From a virus, in IMG/VR virus record IMGVR_UViG_3300028394_002801, positions 32,001 through 96,000 of that record: a DNA stretch of 64,000 bases. One strand, given 5' to 3'. Every line of letters begins with the position of its first letter. The stretch's first letter is position 1. Below are positions 1 to 10,472 of this stretch, one piece after another. Both the position numbers and the translations under genes were made by a program. The notes beneath the pieces are model-generated. The model saw nothing but the letters and a program-made list of their open reading frames with translations, was not told where the DNA came from and searched no databases.

Positions 1-1877
1 TTTGCATTTTTCTTATCATTTGTATAAAATACTGTTGGCCAAGGAAAAACAAATTGGTCAACATTTGGGGTATTGCTATTATCATCAACAGAAATCTTAT
101 CACTACCTAATACCGCATTTTTTCTATCAACATCACTCCTAACATTCCAAGCAGAATTATGAACATCCTCCATCAACCTAAGAAAACCTTCTGTTGTTGC
201 CATAATTACTGCAATCACATTTTTGATTGTTGGCTTAAAACCAATTCCTGTTTCCTTTTTTTCAATCTTTAATGCTAATTCCTGAGATAATGCTTGTTCA
301 ATACCATTTAACTCATTGATGAATTTTGATTCCATCAAATTCCTTTCATCAATAAACCGTGTAACATTAAAAACTGGTGTGGTTTTTGTTTCCCCTGATA
401 AAGTATATGTGTAAAATATATTCTTTTCTATTCTACTACGGCAAATGTCCTCTGTTAAAGTTGGAATTTCACTTATAGGAATTGATTTATTCTTTGATTT
501 GTATGTTGTACACCAATCTATATCAGCATTAACCACATTAAACAAATCATAATTTATGTTATTTTGAATTGGTGATGTACCGTAAATCCCAAAGGTGGGG
601 TTATCATTTAATTCAGTAGTATATTTTGATATTATGGTTTTCAAATCACTTTCAACCAGAAACAATTTACCATCCTTAATATTATCAATAAGTTCTTTCT
701 TAACCCCAAATATAACATCATCTGTATTATTTAACCTTATAGGGGTTGAATCCAAATATTTGTTAAACCAAGACCTAAGATTGCCACGTATTTCTTGGTA
801 ATAATTGGTAAGAAACTTCTTATACCTCTTTCCATCTGTTAACTTCTGAACATCAACTTTATTTAATGAGTTCAACACATTTTGCTCAAACATTTCAAGT
901 TTATATATCAATTCAGATAGTGTTAACTCCGGAAAATTAGCATCAATTAATTCCTTTGATTTATAATCCTTATATACTTCTATTATTTTTTGATAACCAA
1001 TTTCTGTATTAACCTCAAATACTTTCTCATCCCCCAATGAACTTTGTGTTACCCCATCTAAGTGATTGACAATGTTATTTATTTGGGATGGTGTCAAATT
1101 AGAAGGGTTTTTTTGAGTCACATTATACTTCTTTGAATACATGTTTGGACATGCAATCAAATGACCAACACTTATATCAGACAAAACATTATATTTAAAT
1201 CCAAGAAAATCTAAAGTAACTGTATAATCTCCATTATTGGTGTTATAACTAGCGTTGAACTTTAACAAAACCAACTCATATCTAACTGCCTTCCCATAAT
1301 ACCCTTTGATGGTCAAATAAAATGGGGGGTATGGTAAATTGAAAAATGCAGCATATGGTGAATCATTCCCCAGACTAAACAAAGCCCTGCCTTGAACATC
1401 CTCCATAACAACTGTTACAGTTGGCACAAAAGATGAATTTGTCCTAATAGCAATACTTTTTATACCAAATAAGGTATTATCTGCAACATTAGTAGCATAG
1501 TCTAATGTATAAGTTTCATTATTCTCTTTTACCTGCTTAGACCTACTTTGATTTGCACCCCCATCTTTAGTTAAAGAATCCTTACCTGTAATCTCATCAT
1601 AATAACCAGATGTAAAATAATCATCCCCAGTATTTGGCTTCAAGAAGTTTATTGAACCAATACTAACATTACTAATACTATTATCAATAGCACCCCCAAC
1701 CAAAAGTTTTGTTCTTGGTATTAACTTTGTTTCCAGATTTGCATACATAACAAAGTCTTCAGGTATTACTGCTCTGTCAATAACTTCTCCAGTATTTGTA
1801 ATTACCTTATTGGGGTCTATATATATAACATTCTGATAATCATATATAACATGTACATCACCTTGCTCATTTGCCAT
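1..1877 (-). CDS. Large putative baseplate/tail protein, truncated by left window edge
   Basis: Not in ORF track. Translated manually from ATG at 1877 (MANEQGDVHVIYDYQNVIYIDPNK...); the same frame is still open at the edge (...VFPWPTVFYTNDKKNA), middle not fully checked. Overlaps the stop of the upstream baseplate gene. Confidence 0.7.
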   Translation of the reverse strand, partial: MANEQGDVHVIYDYQNVIYIDPNKVITNTGEVIDRAVIPEDFVMYANLETKLIPRTKLLVGGAIDNSISNVSIGSINFLKPNTGDDYFTSGYYDEITGKDSLTKDGGANQSRSKQVKENNETYTLDYATNVADNTLFGIKSIAIRTNSSFVPTVTVVMEDVQGRALFSLGNDSPYAAFFNLPYPPFYLTIKGYYGKAVRYELVLLKFNASYNTNNGDYTVTLDFLGFKYNVLSDISVGHLIACPNMYSKKYNVTQKNPSNLTPSQINNIVNHLDGVTQSSLGDEKVFEVNTEIGYQKIIEVYKDYKSKELIDANFPELTLSELIYKLEMFEQNVLNSLNKVDVQKLTDGKRYKKFLTNYYQEIRGNLRSWFNKYLDSTPIRLNNTDDVIFGVKKELIDNIKDGKLFLVESDLKTIISKYTTELNDNPTFGIYGTSPIQNNINYDLFNVVNADIDWCTTYKSKNKSIPISEIPTLTEDICRSRIEKNIFYTYTLSGETKTTPVFNVTRFIDERNLMESKFINELNGIEQALSQELALKIEKKETGIGFKPTIKNVIAVIMATTEGFLRLMEDVHNSAWNVRSDVDRKNAVLGSDKISVDDNSNTPNVDQFVFPWPTVFYTNDKKNA

Positions 1878-2190
1878 AATAAAAGAAATAATTTTCTACT
1901 GCATTTTTATAATCTAATAAAGATGTTTCCAATGGGAAGGGTATTTTTAGCATGGCTCCATCATATATGTTATTTTCAAGGCCACCATGTTCTGGATTTG
2001 CTGCCAAAATTAGCCAACCAAAGAAGGGAGTTTGATAATATTGTTGGGAAACCTTATCCAATCTGCTAACATTTTTCTTATAAAAGAAAACATTATCACT
2101 TGACTTGGCTGGTATCTTGACAAATGGCACAACTTGTTGCACACCATTGAAGGTGAATTGTGAGTATCTATTATAATATTTTAAATTCAT
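1867..2190 (-). CDS. Baseplate LysM-like protein (T4 gp53 / P2 gpX-like)
   Basis: RLDKVSQQYY...WLILAANP...G..LKIP pattern; position after the tube initiator. Confidence 0.7.
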   Translation of the reverse strand: MNLKYYNRYSQFTFNGVQQVVPFVKIPAKSSDNVFFYKKNVSRLDKVSQQYYQTPFFGWLILAANPEHGGLENNIYDGAMLKIPFPLETSLLDYKNAVENYFFYYGK

Positions 2191-5100
2191 CTCATTAACT
2201 TATTTTTAACTAGAATAAATCCATCACTATTCTTATTCCATGTATTTTTATTGCTATCATAATTATCCCCCCCACCCAAACTTAATAATGCATTTTTTGT
2301 TGCATCATCAGGTGATTCAATAACCTCATATGCACTTACATAACCTGATGTTCCAATTGGCTTAATTTCCTTTAACTTAACAAGCATATCATTTGTATAT
2401 TTGGTTAAATTAGATAGAAATTTTAATGTAACTTCATCATACTTATTATTATATGTTGTAAGTTTATTTCCCCAATAAACATTAAATATTTTTGAAATCT
2501 TTTCATTATTGGTAATCACATTTTTGTCGGGGTTTATTGTTTTCAAAAGGATTTGTTTCTCAAAATTTTCCAAACCATTTTTAGTTTTAAATGTGCCATA
2601 TAATAACAAATAAATTAAACTATCTTGCTCATTTGTAAAAACACCTTTTGGGTTATCCACATTCATCTTTAAGTATGGTAAGAAATATGTTTTGATACGT
2701 TCTGCAATACCAGATAAGATATCCATAATCCCTGTCAAAGAAGTTATTAATTTATAAACAAAGAAATTTCCACTTTTATCAACATAACCATCAAATCCAT
2801 TAAACCCACTATGATTGGAAATAATAAATAAAGCATTACTTAAAACTTTTTGAAATTTCTCTTGGGCATCCAGAATTGATTTTGTTATAACATTTATGTT
2901 ATCATTTACCTTAACCATTTCATTATCAACATACAATTGATAATTATTTGAAACATCAAACTTAATACTTTTTTCAGTTTTGAACTCCTCATTTATTTGC
3001 TCAATGAACCCATCAACATTATTTTTTATATTATTTTTTATTGTACTGGTATAGTCATCTATTGTTTTTTGATAATCTGTTGGAACACCAAATAACAAAA
3101 ATTCACCATTTGTTGCAGCATTATAAATTCCAGCAGTATTATTCAAAGATTTTAAAACCAAAGAAACAAATTCAATATTATAACTTTTTGAACTTTCTTG
3201 TATCACAGAATTAATTGTATTTACATAAGCAGTAGAAGATTCAATCAAATCTGTTGCCAAAGTAATATAATTCAATGTGGTTGCAGTCTTGTTAATTTCA
3301 CCTATTGTTTTATATGCACTAACAATATTTTCATCATCAAAATTTTCAGTCTTACCCTTCTCCTTCTCTTCAATAAATTCCAATATCTTCTTATCCATAT
3401 CATCCAAACTATTATCAGTTTTATCTGCCCTAGCATCATAAACTTCTGTATTTGCATAATAATTAAATGATAATGCATTTTGTAATTTATCAACAGCATT
3501 ACTCAAACCACTAGCCCCAACAAACTTGAAACTCAAACTAACCTTTGCAATCATAGGCTGAAACCCAATACCTTCAGGGTTAATATCCCAATGTAATGGG
3601 TCATAACTAATGCTCAAATTATCTGGTATTATTTTTGTATGGAAGAAATCCCCAACCCTCAATACCAAAACCGGGGGTACACCAAATGCTGTATTTCTAG
3701 CATCTTTAAAATCCTTTACAATACCATCCTTTGTTTCTCTTATTGTTGGTATTGTGTCTCCTGGTCTTAAACATTGCTGAAGAAATGTCAATCTACCATT
3801 TAACCCTTCTGGTGTTGTAGAATGGAATGCTGGACTAAAATATTTTAATTTTTCCTTCAAATTATTATAAATAAAAGGATTAGTCTCCTCTATTGTTTCA
3901 AAATAATCACATTCTGTCAAAAGTTTTTGTAAAACTCTTTTTGATACATTCTTATATACTTTCTGTTCTTCTGTGGTAAGTTTAGTTTCAGTTATTTGTT
4001 TTGTTATTTTAATTTCAGATTCATTTGTTGTTATATTTGGTTCAATCTTTGGTTCAATTTTTGGTGCTACCCCTTTCTTTGTTGCAGTAATGCTCCCTAT
4101 AGCAACTCTTCTACAAGCCATAGCATCTACACTATAAATTGTATTACCTGTAAAGCCACTACAAATTTCAACTCTCTTTGTTTGGGTTGGGTCAGTTGAT
4201 GACCTTGCTGTAACACCTGTGTCTTCACCAAGATTATTTGTTTTTATTGTAAAATTTGGTGATTTTATATTATTCTTTAAATATGCTATAACACTACTAC
4301 TACGTCTTACACTTAACAATTTATTATAATCATTGTTTGCTGGTTTTGATGCAGATGAATTAAGAGTAACTTCAATTAAATTTCCGTTATTCTGTGCAAG
4401 AAAATCATTGCAATCAATTATAAACTGGTTAAGGTATGTAAAATTATCTTTTACATAAGAATCCATAAAGGTTTTTAATTGTTGCGCCTGATTATATAAT
4501 GTTGATGCTGTATATGAATTAAAAGCAGTAATATAATTAGCATCAATTGAGTTTGGAACATCATTATCAAAATAGAAAGCATATTCAATATACTTGTTAA
4601 ATGTTGAGACTGTTTCATCAGGAGGGGTAGCCACATCAGATAAACTAATTGGGTCATTGTTTGTTATAACTGTTCTTTTGATATAACTAACTTGGTCCTT
4701 GATTGATGGTGATTCCTTAACTATTTTTTGGATTTCCTCAAGTTCAGATAATGTCATTGTATTATATATCTTTGCCAAATCATATATGTCATATTTTAGG
4801 CAACCAGCAAAGAAAGATGACAATATTCCATTAATGTTATCTGAATTATTTTCCTTTTCCAAAACCCTATTTGTGATTAGGTTCAATACTGATGGATGAT
4901 CCACAACAATAGAAAAATCCAATGAACCAGTTCTTGATGTGCTCTTATATGTGAATACAGGTTCAGGTCTGCCCAAGAAATCATTTGAATTCCAATTGGA
5001 TGATGATGTATCTGTAACCTTTAAATCATATGGTGGAAACCACATTATCCTCCCCCCATTTGGTCCTTTCTCACACTCTGGCAAATCCAAAAACTTGTTT

Positions 5101-6890
5101 GTTGTCCTCCATGCCAAATTCTCAAGGGATAACATATATTTTTTTGAATCATTCCCCTTCTTTGGGGCAATACTCAAATCATATGTCTTATTTATTACTG
5201 AACCTTTTAATCTTCGCCCTTCATTTGTAATACCACTTGTTTTTTGCAAACGTCCATATGTCATATAAGGTGAATCCTTTGTGAATAATCTACAATACTC
5301 TTGGAATGAACCCCCAACCAAAGTTTCAGGGTTTTCATACTTATATGTCTTAACCCTTGAACCTTTTGTTATTTCCTTATATCCATCATTAAACACCTTA
5401 CTAACTTGATCCATAGCATTACCAACATGCTTTAATCTATTTGCACCATTTGGTTGTGAATCTATAATCCTTTGAGTGTCATCCAATATTGAACCTGCCC
5501 TAAAATTATAATTTGTTGATTCTGAACTGTCAAAAGTGGTTTGCTTTGTTCCATTCTCACCATAAATCTCACCACCCTGTCCAGCATTTTTACCTGCATT
5601 ATTTTTATATTTTGGTGAAACCCATGTGAAACCACCCTCAACACCACCACCATCAATATCACTTTTACCATTAAAACCAATTGGGGGGTTGAAAGTCTCC
5701 CCCTCATATACTTTTGAAACCTCTGTTGAACTATAAACACTTGTTCTAATACGTCTTCCAAATTGGTCAATTGGTAAATCTCCTTCTGGTGAAAGAATAT
5801 CAATAATATCCAAATTGTCATTTCCAATATAATAGGCACCTTTGTTGCTTGTGAATAAATCCAAAAAAGAACCTAATATTCCACTTCTTTCATAATTTGG
5901 TTTATATAAATTCTTATTTATATTTTTATATAAAACTGACCTCTGACCAGCCCCCATATTATCATAAAATAATTGTGAACCTGTCTTCTTTTGTTGAAAT
6001 AACCCACCAAGAAACCCCTTATTCCCTTTACCTGTCAAACTTATTGACTCATCAAAGTAACTTCCAACAATAGTTGGAAATGGTAACTCTGCACCAACAA
6101 GTTCCAAGGCCAATTGCGATGCTGCAACAAGTAAATTATTTGGCTTTGTTATACTCCAGTTTGGTTGAATGATTGGATTTGATCCTGTTATAATGTTATA
6201 TACATCCAAAGGGTCATTCAAACTTGCAATAGTTTGCTCAAATTTTTTAGAATTATCAAATTTTATTGATAATCTACCAACTCTCTCAATAAAATATTTG
6301 GTCAAAACCTCTGCACCTAATCTTGTGATATAGGAATCAGCAGATAAATTAGATTTTGTTTCAGCATTATTGGTAAGAATGCCAAAAGGTGTATACATAG
6401 ATGGTGTGAAACTATTATCCCCTACACCCCAATAATATAATATACCCTTTTTTGGTAATTCTGGGTCAAACCAATTTTCATCTTGTTCAATAAAAATGGC
6501 TGAATCAATTAAATTATCTTGTGATGTGTAAAAATTCTTGAGTAAATTATCTTTTAGAATGGGTTTATTAATCTTTAATGCAACAGCATTTTTTAACCCA
6601 TATTCACCATAATTTGTATTATTATTATTTAATACATTTACATCACTTGTTTGAATATAGCCACCATAAGCGCCATATTTGTTTAAAACATATGCCCCTT
6701 TTGCAAATATTGGCTCATCAATAAGTTTATCAGGAGAATCAACAACATTTAATATAGTTGCAAAAGGAGATACCTCATAATTAAATGGGGGACTTTTTCC
6801 ATGCGGGGTTTTTTTGTAAGGTGCTAGATTTTTTGTTATTAACAAATTCCTAAAACTCTCACTATTTCCAAAATCTAAGGGGCTTCTCAT
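2187..6890 (-). CDS. Large baseplate/tail-tube-initiator-like protein with inserted OmpA-C-like domain
   Basis: Tube-initiator-like segments (FPPYDL..W...GRPEPVFTY..T.R..SL.F; PPVLVLRVGD..I..LSISY..W..P...VSLSF) flank YNKLLSVRRSSSVIAYL...LGE...CRRVAI; directly follows tape measure. Confidence 0.6.
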   Translation of the reverse strand: MRSPLDFGNSESFRNLLITKNLAPYKKTPHGKSPPFNYEVSPFATILNVVDSPDKLIDEPIFAKGAYVLNKYGAYGGYIQTSDVNVLNNNNTNYGEYGLKNAVALKINKPILKDNLLKNFYTSQDNLIDSAIFIEQDENWFDPELPKKGILYYWGVGDNSFTPSMYTPFGILTNNAETKSNLSADSYITRLGAEVLTKYFIERVGRLSIKFDNSKKFEQTIASLNDPLDVYNIITGSNPIIQPNWSITKPNNLLVAASQLALELVGAELPFPTIVGSYFDESISLTGKGNKGFLGGLFQQKKTGSQLFYDNMGAGQRSVLYKNINKNLYKPNYERSGILGSFLDLFTSNKGAYYIGNDNLDIIDILSPEGDLPIDQFGRRIRTSVYSSTEVSKVYEGETFNPPIGFNGKSDIDGGGVEGGFTWVSPKYKNNAGKNAGQGGEIYGENGTKQTTFDSSESTNYNFRAGSILDDTQRIIDSQPNGANRLKHVGNAMDQVSKVFNDGYKEITKGSRVKTYKYENPETLVGGSFQEYCRLFTKDSPYMTYGRLQKTSGITNEGRRLKGSVINKTYDLSIAPKKGNDSKKYMLSLENLAWRTTNKFLDLPECEKGPNGGRIMWFPPYDLKVTDTSSSNWNSNDFLGRPEPVFTYKSTSRTGSLDFSIVVDHPSVLNLITNRVLEKENNSDNINGILSSFFAGCLKYDIYDLAKIYNTMTLSELEEIQKIVKESPSIKDQVSYIKRTVITNNDPISLSDVATPPDETVSTFNKYIEYAFYFDNDVPNSIDANYITAFNSYTASTLYNQAQQLKTFMDSYVKDNFTYLNQFIIDCNDFLAQNNGNLIEVTLNSSASKPANNDYNKLLSVRRSSSVIAYLKNNIKSPNFTIKTNNLGEDTGVTARSSTDPTQTKRVEICSGFTGNTIYSVDAMACRRVAIGSITATKKGVAPKIEPKIEPNITTNESEIKITKQITETKLTTEEQKVYKNVSKRVLQKLLTECDYFETIEETNPFIYNNLKEKLKYFSPAFHSTTPEGLNGRLTFLQQCLRPGDTIPTIRETKDGIVKDFKDARNTAFGVPPVLVLRVGDFFHTKIIPDNLSISYDPLHWDINPEGIGFQPMIAKVSLSFKFVGASGLSNAVDKLQNALSFNYYANTEVYDARADKTDNSLDDMDKKILEFIEEKEKGKTENFDDENIVSAYKTIGEINKTATTLNYITLATDLIESSTAYVNTINSVIQESSKSYNIEFVSLVLKSLNNTAGIYNAATNGEFLLFGVPTDYQKTIDDYTSTIKNNIKNNVDGFIEQINEEFKTEKSIKFDVSNNYQLYVDNEMVKVNDNINVITKSILDAQEKFQKVLSNALFIISNHSGFNGFDGYVDKSGNFFVYKLITSLTGIMDILSGIAERIKTYFLPYLKMNVDNPKGVFTNEQDSLIYLLLYGTFKTKNGLENFEKQILLKTINPDKNVITNNEKISKIFNVYWGNKLTTYNNKYDEVTLKFLSNLTKYTNDMLVKLKEIKPIGTSGYVSAYEVIESPDDATKNALLSLGGGDNYDSNKNTWNKNSDGFILVKNKLMR

Positions 6891-6912
6891 TATGTTTTAT
6901 ATATAAATATAA

Positions 6913-8721
6913 TTATTCATTAATTTTAAATACTAAAGGTGTAAGAACTGCATTATCTTTTAACCCTAAAGTGTAATTATCAATCTGATTCATTGGTTTA
7001 ACTGCACCAGATGAATCCATCATTTTATGAATTACATCTATTTTAAGATTGAAATCCATATTCTTAAAATTTGATAAACCATTATCTATTTTATTAGTCA
7101 AAATCTGATTATTATCACCATATTGTGGTCCACCCGTGCCACCAGCATTTGTTGGGACAATTTTACCCGTATTTGCATTTTGATTAAGCACCTTTGAACC
7201 AAAATCTTTCATATCATCAAGTGATGTTGCAATCCAACTATCACTCAATCCTTCTTTTTTAGCAGTAGTAAGTAACCGTGTCTTAATTTTATCTATGATA
7301 TCATCCATACTTGGTAACTTTGTTAGAGCTGTTTCCAACCCGCTTGTGAAACTTGTTGAGGTTTTAACCAAATCTGTTAAATCTGTATAGCTATTCTTTA
7401 TAAAAGACCTTATCTCTTTTTGATCTATTGATTCATATACGGTGCTAAGTGTTGGGTCAACAAGCCCCCCTCTTACTTTCTCTTGCATTTCAGCAATTCC
7501 GGGTGTACCAACAGCACCAAACAAAATCTTATATTTTATTGCTTGAACATCATTCTTTATAATATCTGTAATACTCATTGATTCTCTTGCAAGGTCTTCC
7601 ATCGTCTTTGGTTCTTCCTTAGATAATTCTTGCAATTTCTCCATTTGTTTATCTGTTAATTCTGAAACTTTCTGTGCAATTGATGCACCTGTCTTTTCAT
7701 CCTTAACATTAATTACATACTCACCCTTATCATTCAAATAAGATAAGTTAGCAATAAACATTTTTTGGTCTTCTGTAATATCAAACTTAAAATCTATCTC
7801 TGATGACCTTTCATTAAACTCCCTAAGTGCAATTGCCATTTTCTTCACCTTGTCTGCACCTAAACCTGTGGCATCCCCAAGTTCCTTGAACATACCCATT
7901 GCTGATGGATTTATTTCAATCCTTCCTGTTTCAGCATTCAATTCTGTGAACATCTCACCAGCCTTTGCAATACTCTTTATAAGTCCTTCTGGACCATTTA
8001 CTGAACTATTCATCAATGAAAAAGGATCCGCCAAATCACCCATAAAGACACCCAATCTTTGAAATGTAGAAGCAGTTTCAACAGCACCCTCAATATTAAA
8101 CACCTTATCAGCAAATGACTGAATGGAAGACATATCAACTTTAAGCATTGCAGCTGTTGCTGCCATCTTTGAAAACCCTAAAACCCCTTCCTTAAAGTTA
8201 AATCTATTTAATAAATCAGTATTATTAACAACCTCTTTCATTATGGTTTTTGCATCCATACCAACACTCTTAATGTAACTTATTGAATTTTCAACCTCCC
8301 CACCAACTTTAGCAATTGAAATACCCACATCTGAAAAGTTCTTGGTAAGGTCACTAGCACTTACATCCATTAAAGTAGTTAGGGCATATAATTTTTCATA
8401 AATTTCAGGTGAAAATACAACATTCCTTGAAAGTGCTTGACCTGTTTGCTCAACCATAGCAACAATATCACCAATATCACCTCCCAATCTTCTAACAAGT
8501 GGTGCTGTGTCTGCAATAACCCCTTTGAATTCATTAATCCTTGACCTACCAAGAAGAAAACTTTGACTTATTCTGGCAGATTCGGTATCCAATGTCACCA
8601 AAGCTCCAGTAAAGTTTGTCATCTCTTTTATTTGTTCTTTAAGAAAATCAGGATCAAGACCAAATAACTTCCCTTGAAGTTTACCTAAACCCCCAAATAT
8701 ACTATCATAAAATCCTGCCAT
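6913..8721 (-). CDS. Tape measure protein
   Basis: Helical A/G/M/K-rich 602 aa protein; synteny tube-chaperone-TMP-baseplate. Confidence 0.7.
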   Translation of the reverse strand: MAGFYDSIFGGLGKLQGKLFGLDPDFLKEQIKEMTNFTGALVTLDTESARISQSFLLGRSRINEFKGVIADTAPLVRRLGGDIGDIVAMVEQTGQALSRNVVFSPEIYEKLYALTTLMDVSASDLTKNFSDVGISIAKVGGEVENSISYIKSVGMDAKTIMKEVVNNTDLLNRFNFKEGVLGFSKMAATAAMLKVDMSSIQSFADKVFNIEGAVETASTFQRLGVFMGDLADPFSLMNSSVNGPEGLIKSIAKAGEMFTELNAETGRIEINPSAMGMFKELGDATGLGADKVKKMAIALREFNERSSEIDFKFDITEDQKMFIANLSYLNDKGEYVINVKDEKTGASIAQKVSELTDKQMEKLQELSKEEPKTMEDLARESMSITDIIKNDVQAIKYKILFGAVGTPGIAEMQEKVRGGLVDPTLSTVYESIDQKEIRSFIKNSYTDLTDLVKTSTSFTSGLETALTKLPSMDDIIDKIKTRLLTTAKKEGLSDSWIATSLDDMKDFGSKVLNQNANTGKIVPTNAGGTGGPQYGDNNQILTNKIDNGLSNFKNMDFNLKIDVIHKMMDSSGAVKPMNQIDNYTLGLKDNAVLTPLVFKINE

Positions 8722-8747
8722 AAAATATAAATTATATATATAAATAG

Positions 8748-8780
8748 AATAAGGGATGATTTTTTACATCATCCCTTATT
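8748..8780 (-). terminator. Hairpin after chaperone pair
   Basis: AATAAGGGATGAT / ATCATCCCTTATT 13-bp inverted repeat. Confidence 0.55.
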
Positions 8781-8960
8781 ATTATTGTTATTAATATCCT
8801 CTGTCCATTTGTGTATCAAGAATTTCCGAAGAAATATTGGCATAGTTAAGAACTCAGAATATGAAACATGTAAAAGTTTTTTTAAATAATAAAATTCTGT
8901 TGATTGTGATAGCCTATAATCCGAAGAAAGGGCGAAAAAACTCCACCCCAAACCCAGCAT
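8769..8960 (-). CDS. Tail assembly chaperone C-terminal part (T4 gp51-like / 'GT' frameshift extension)
   Basis: EFYYLKKLLHVSYSEFLTMPIFLRKFLI; overlaps the end of the upstream chaperone in the +1 frame. Confidence 0.6.
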   Translation of the reverse strand: MLGLGWSFFALSSDYRLSQSTEFYYLKKLLHVSYSEFLTMPIFLRKFLIHKWTEDINNNNNKG

Positions 8961-9663
8961 TCACTGTGGTCACATCTCCTGATGGGGTCTTGATATCTTT
9001 TTTCATATTAAGTTTAGGCTCATTTTCAGTTAAATATCTACGTATAAATTTTGAATCAGCAATTGGCATAGTCTCCACATGTTTAACAATATTAGTCTTA
9101 TCAATTTCACCATTAATTTCAACAATTTCCCTAGATAATCTTAATGTTGCCTTGGGTGCAATCCTTGATGGGGGGTAATTATCAATTATATCATTCACCT
9201 CCAATATTTCACCATATGTCAAAGGTTTTAATTTAACCACATCCCCACTCTTGGGAAGAGTAACTGTATATGTTCCATCCTCATTTGGCTTATTACCAGG
9301 CTCAATACTTAACTCACCCAAATCAACAATTGCCTTAAAAGACTTTCCGGTCTTGGGGTCAGTAACTGAAAGTTCAATATCTGAACCAAAAGAAGTATTT
9401 CTCAAAAAGATTAGAATTGCTTCTATATCACTTTCAATCATATCCTCTGGTCTTATATCATATTCATATATTTTGTTCTTCAAAAGTTGTAATGTGAAAT
9501 TCTTGCTATTACCTAATAATAGATTCTCATCAGCAGCTGTTAAATAACCAACTTTAACTGCTTTTTTCTTGTTTTTGTAAAAGATGCCACCAGAAGGTAG
9601 TTGGACAACATCATGGGGTAAATCAAAATTTGATTGACCATACTCTTTAGATTTATCTTCCAT
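8914..9663 (-). CDS. Baseplate hub assembly / tail assembly chaperone (T4 gp26-like)
   Basis: LPSGG..Y, LTAADENLL, D.EAILIFLR, TLPKSG..VKLKPLT; lies between tube and TMP. Confidence 0.7.
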   Translation of the reverse strand: MEDKSKEYGQSNFDLPHDVVQLPSGGIFYKNKKKAVKVGYLTAADENLLLGNSKNFTLQLLKNKIYEYDIRPEDMIESDIEAILIFLRNTSFGSDIELSVTDPKTGKSFKAIVDLGELSIEPGNKPNEDGTYTVTLPKSGDVVKLKPLTYGEILEVNDIIDNYPPSRIAPKATLRLSREIVEINGEIDKTNIVKHVETMPIADSKFIRRYLTENEPKLNMKKDIKTPSGDVTTVNAGFGVEFFRPFFGL

Positions 9664-9717
9664 AAATTTTATTTTAATAATAGATTTAAATTGAAGAAAA
9701 GAAAATAGTTAAAATAA

Positions 9718-9759
9718 AAAATCCATATGTAAATGTTAATACATAAACATATGGATTTT
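9718..9759 (-). terminator. Intrinsic terminator after tail tube gene
   Basis: AAATCCATATGT / ACATATGGATTT inverted repeat with T-tract on minus strand. Confidence 0.55.
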
Positions 9760-9781
9760 AATGCGATTAAATCTATTAAGT

Positions 9782-10270
9782 TTAATAAACCAATATACAT
9801 CTATCTGGCTGAATAGTCACACTAATTCCTGCAATTGCATCAGAACTATAACTTAAATTACCAAAGTCAACATTTGTTAATAGGCAACCTTCAAGCAACC
9901 ATTTTTCAATTACAACTCCTGTTGGGTCAAGCATTTCTAATGTTAAATTTTGCTTATATCCAGCAGCATAACCCATTCTGCCTGTTACTGATTCAGCATG
10001 TAATCTAACCCACTCCATTAATGCTTGTGAAGCTGATGGTCCAATTGGATCCCTAAACTTAACACTAATAGCTTCCCACTTAAATCTTCCTGAAACATAT
10101 GTTGATGTATTCAAGAATTGTATCTCTGTTGAAGCTATGCTAATCTTAGGTCTTGATGCTGTTTCAACAAACCATTCATTTATACCCATACTTGATGGAA
10201 ACCTCAAAATGAACCTATTTTCCCTTTTTGGTTCGTATGGTAGGGGCATTTTCATTAATAAATCAGCCAT
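9782..10270 (-). CDS. Tail tube protein (T4 gp19-like)
   Basis: EPKRENRF, GR.KWE.I.V.FRD, EWVR, YK..LTLEMLDPTG..IEKW.L.GC; 162 aa. Confidence 0.85.
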   Translation of the reverse strand: MADLLMKMPLPYEPKRENRFILRFPSSMGINEWFVETASRPKISIASTEIQFLNTSTYVSGRFKWEAISVKFRDPIGPSASQALMEWVRLHAESVTGRMGYAAGYKQNLTLEMLDPTGVVIEKWLLEGCLLTNVDFGNLSYSSDAIAGISVTIQPDRCILVY

Positions 10271-10472
10271 ATTTTATTTTTTAATTTTTTTTTATTATTA
10301 TATTATAACTTATAATAAATATAGGGAATATAAAAATATTTCAACTTTTTTAAAAAATAGTTCAAAAAACACTATTTACTTTTTTTATAAGATGATATAA
10401 TTTTATATATATTAATATAATTAATTATTATTAATAATAATAATATTACTATTATAATATAATATATAATTA

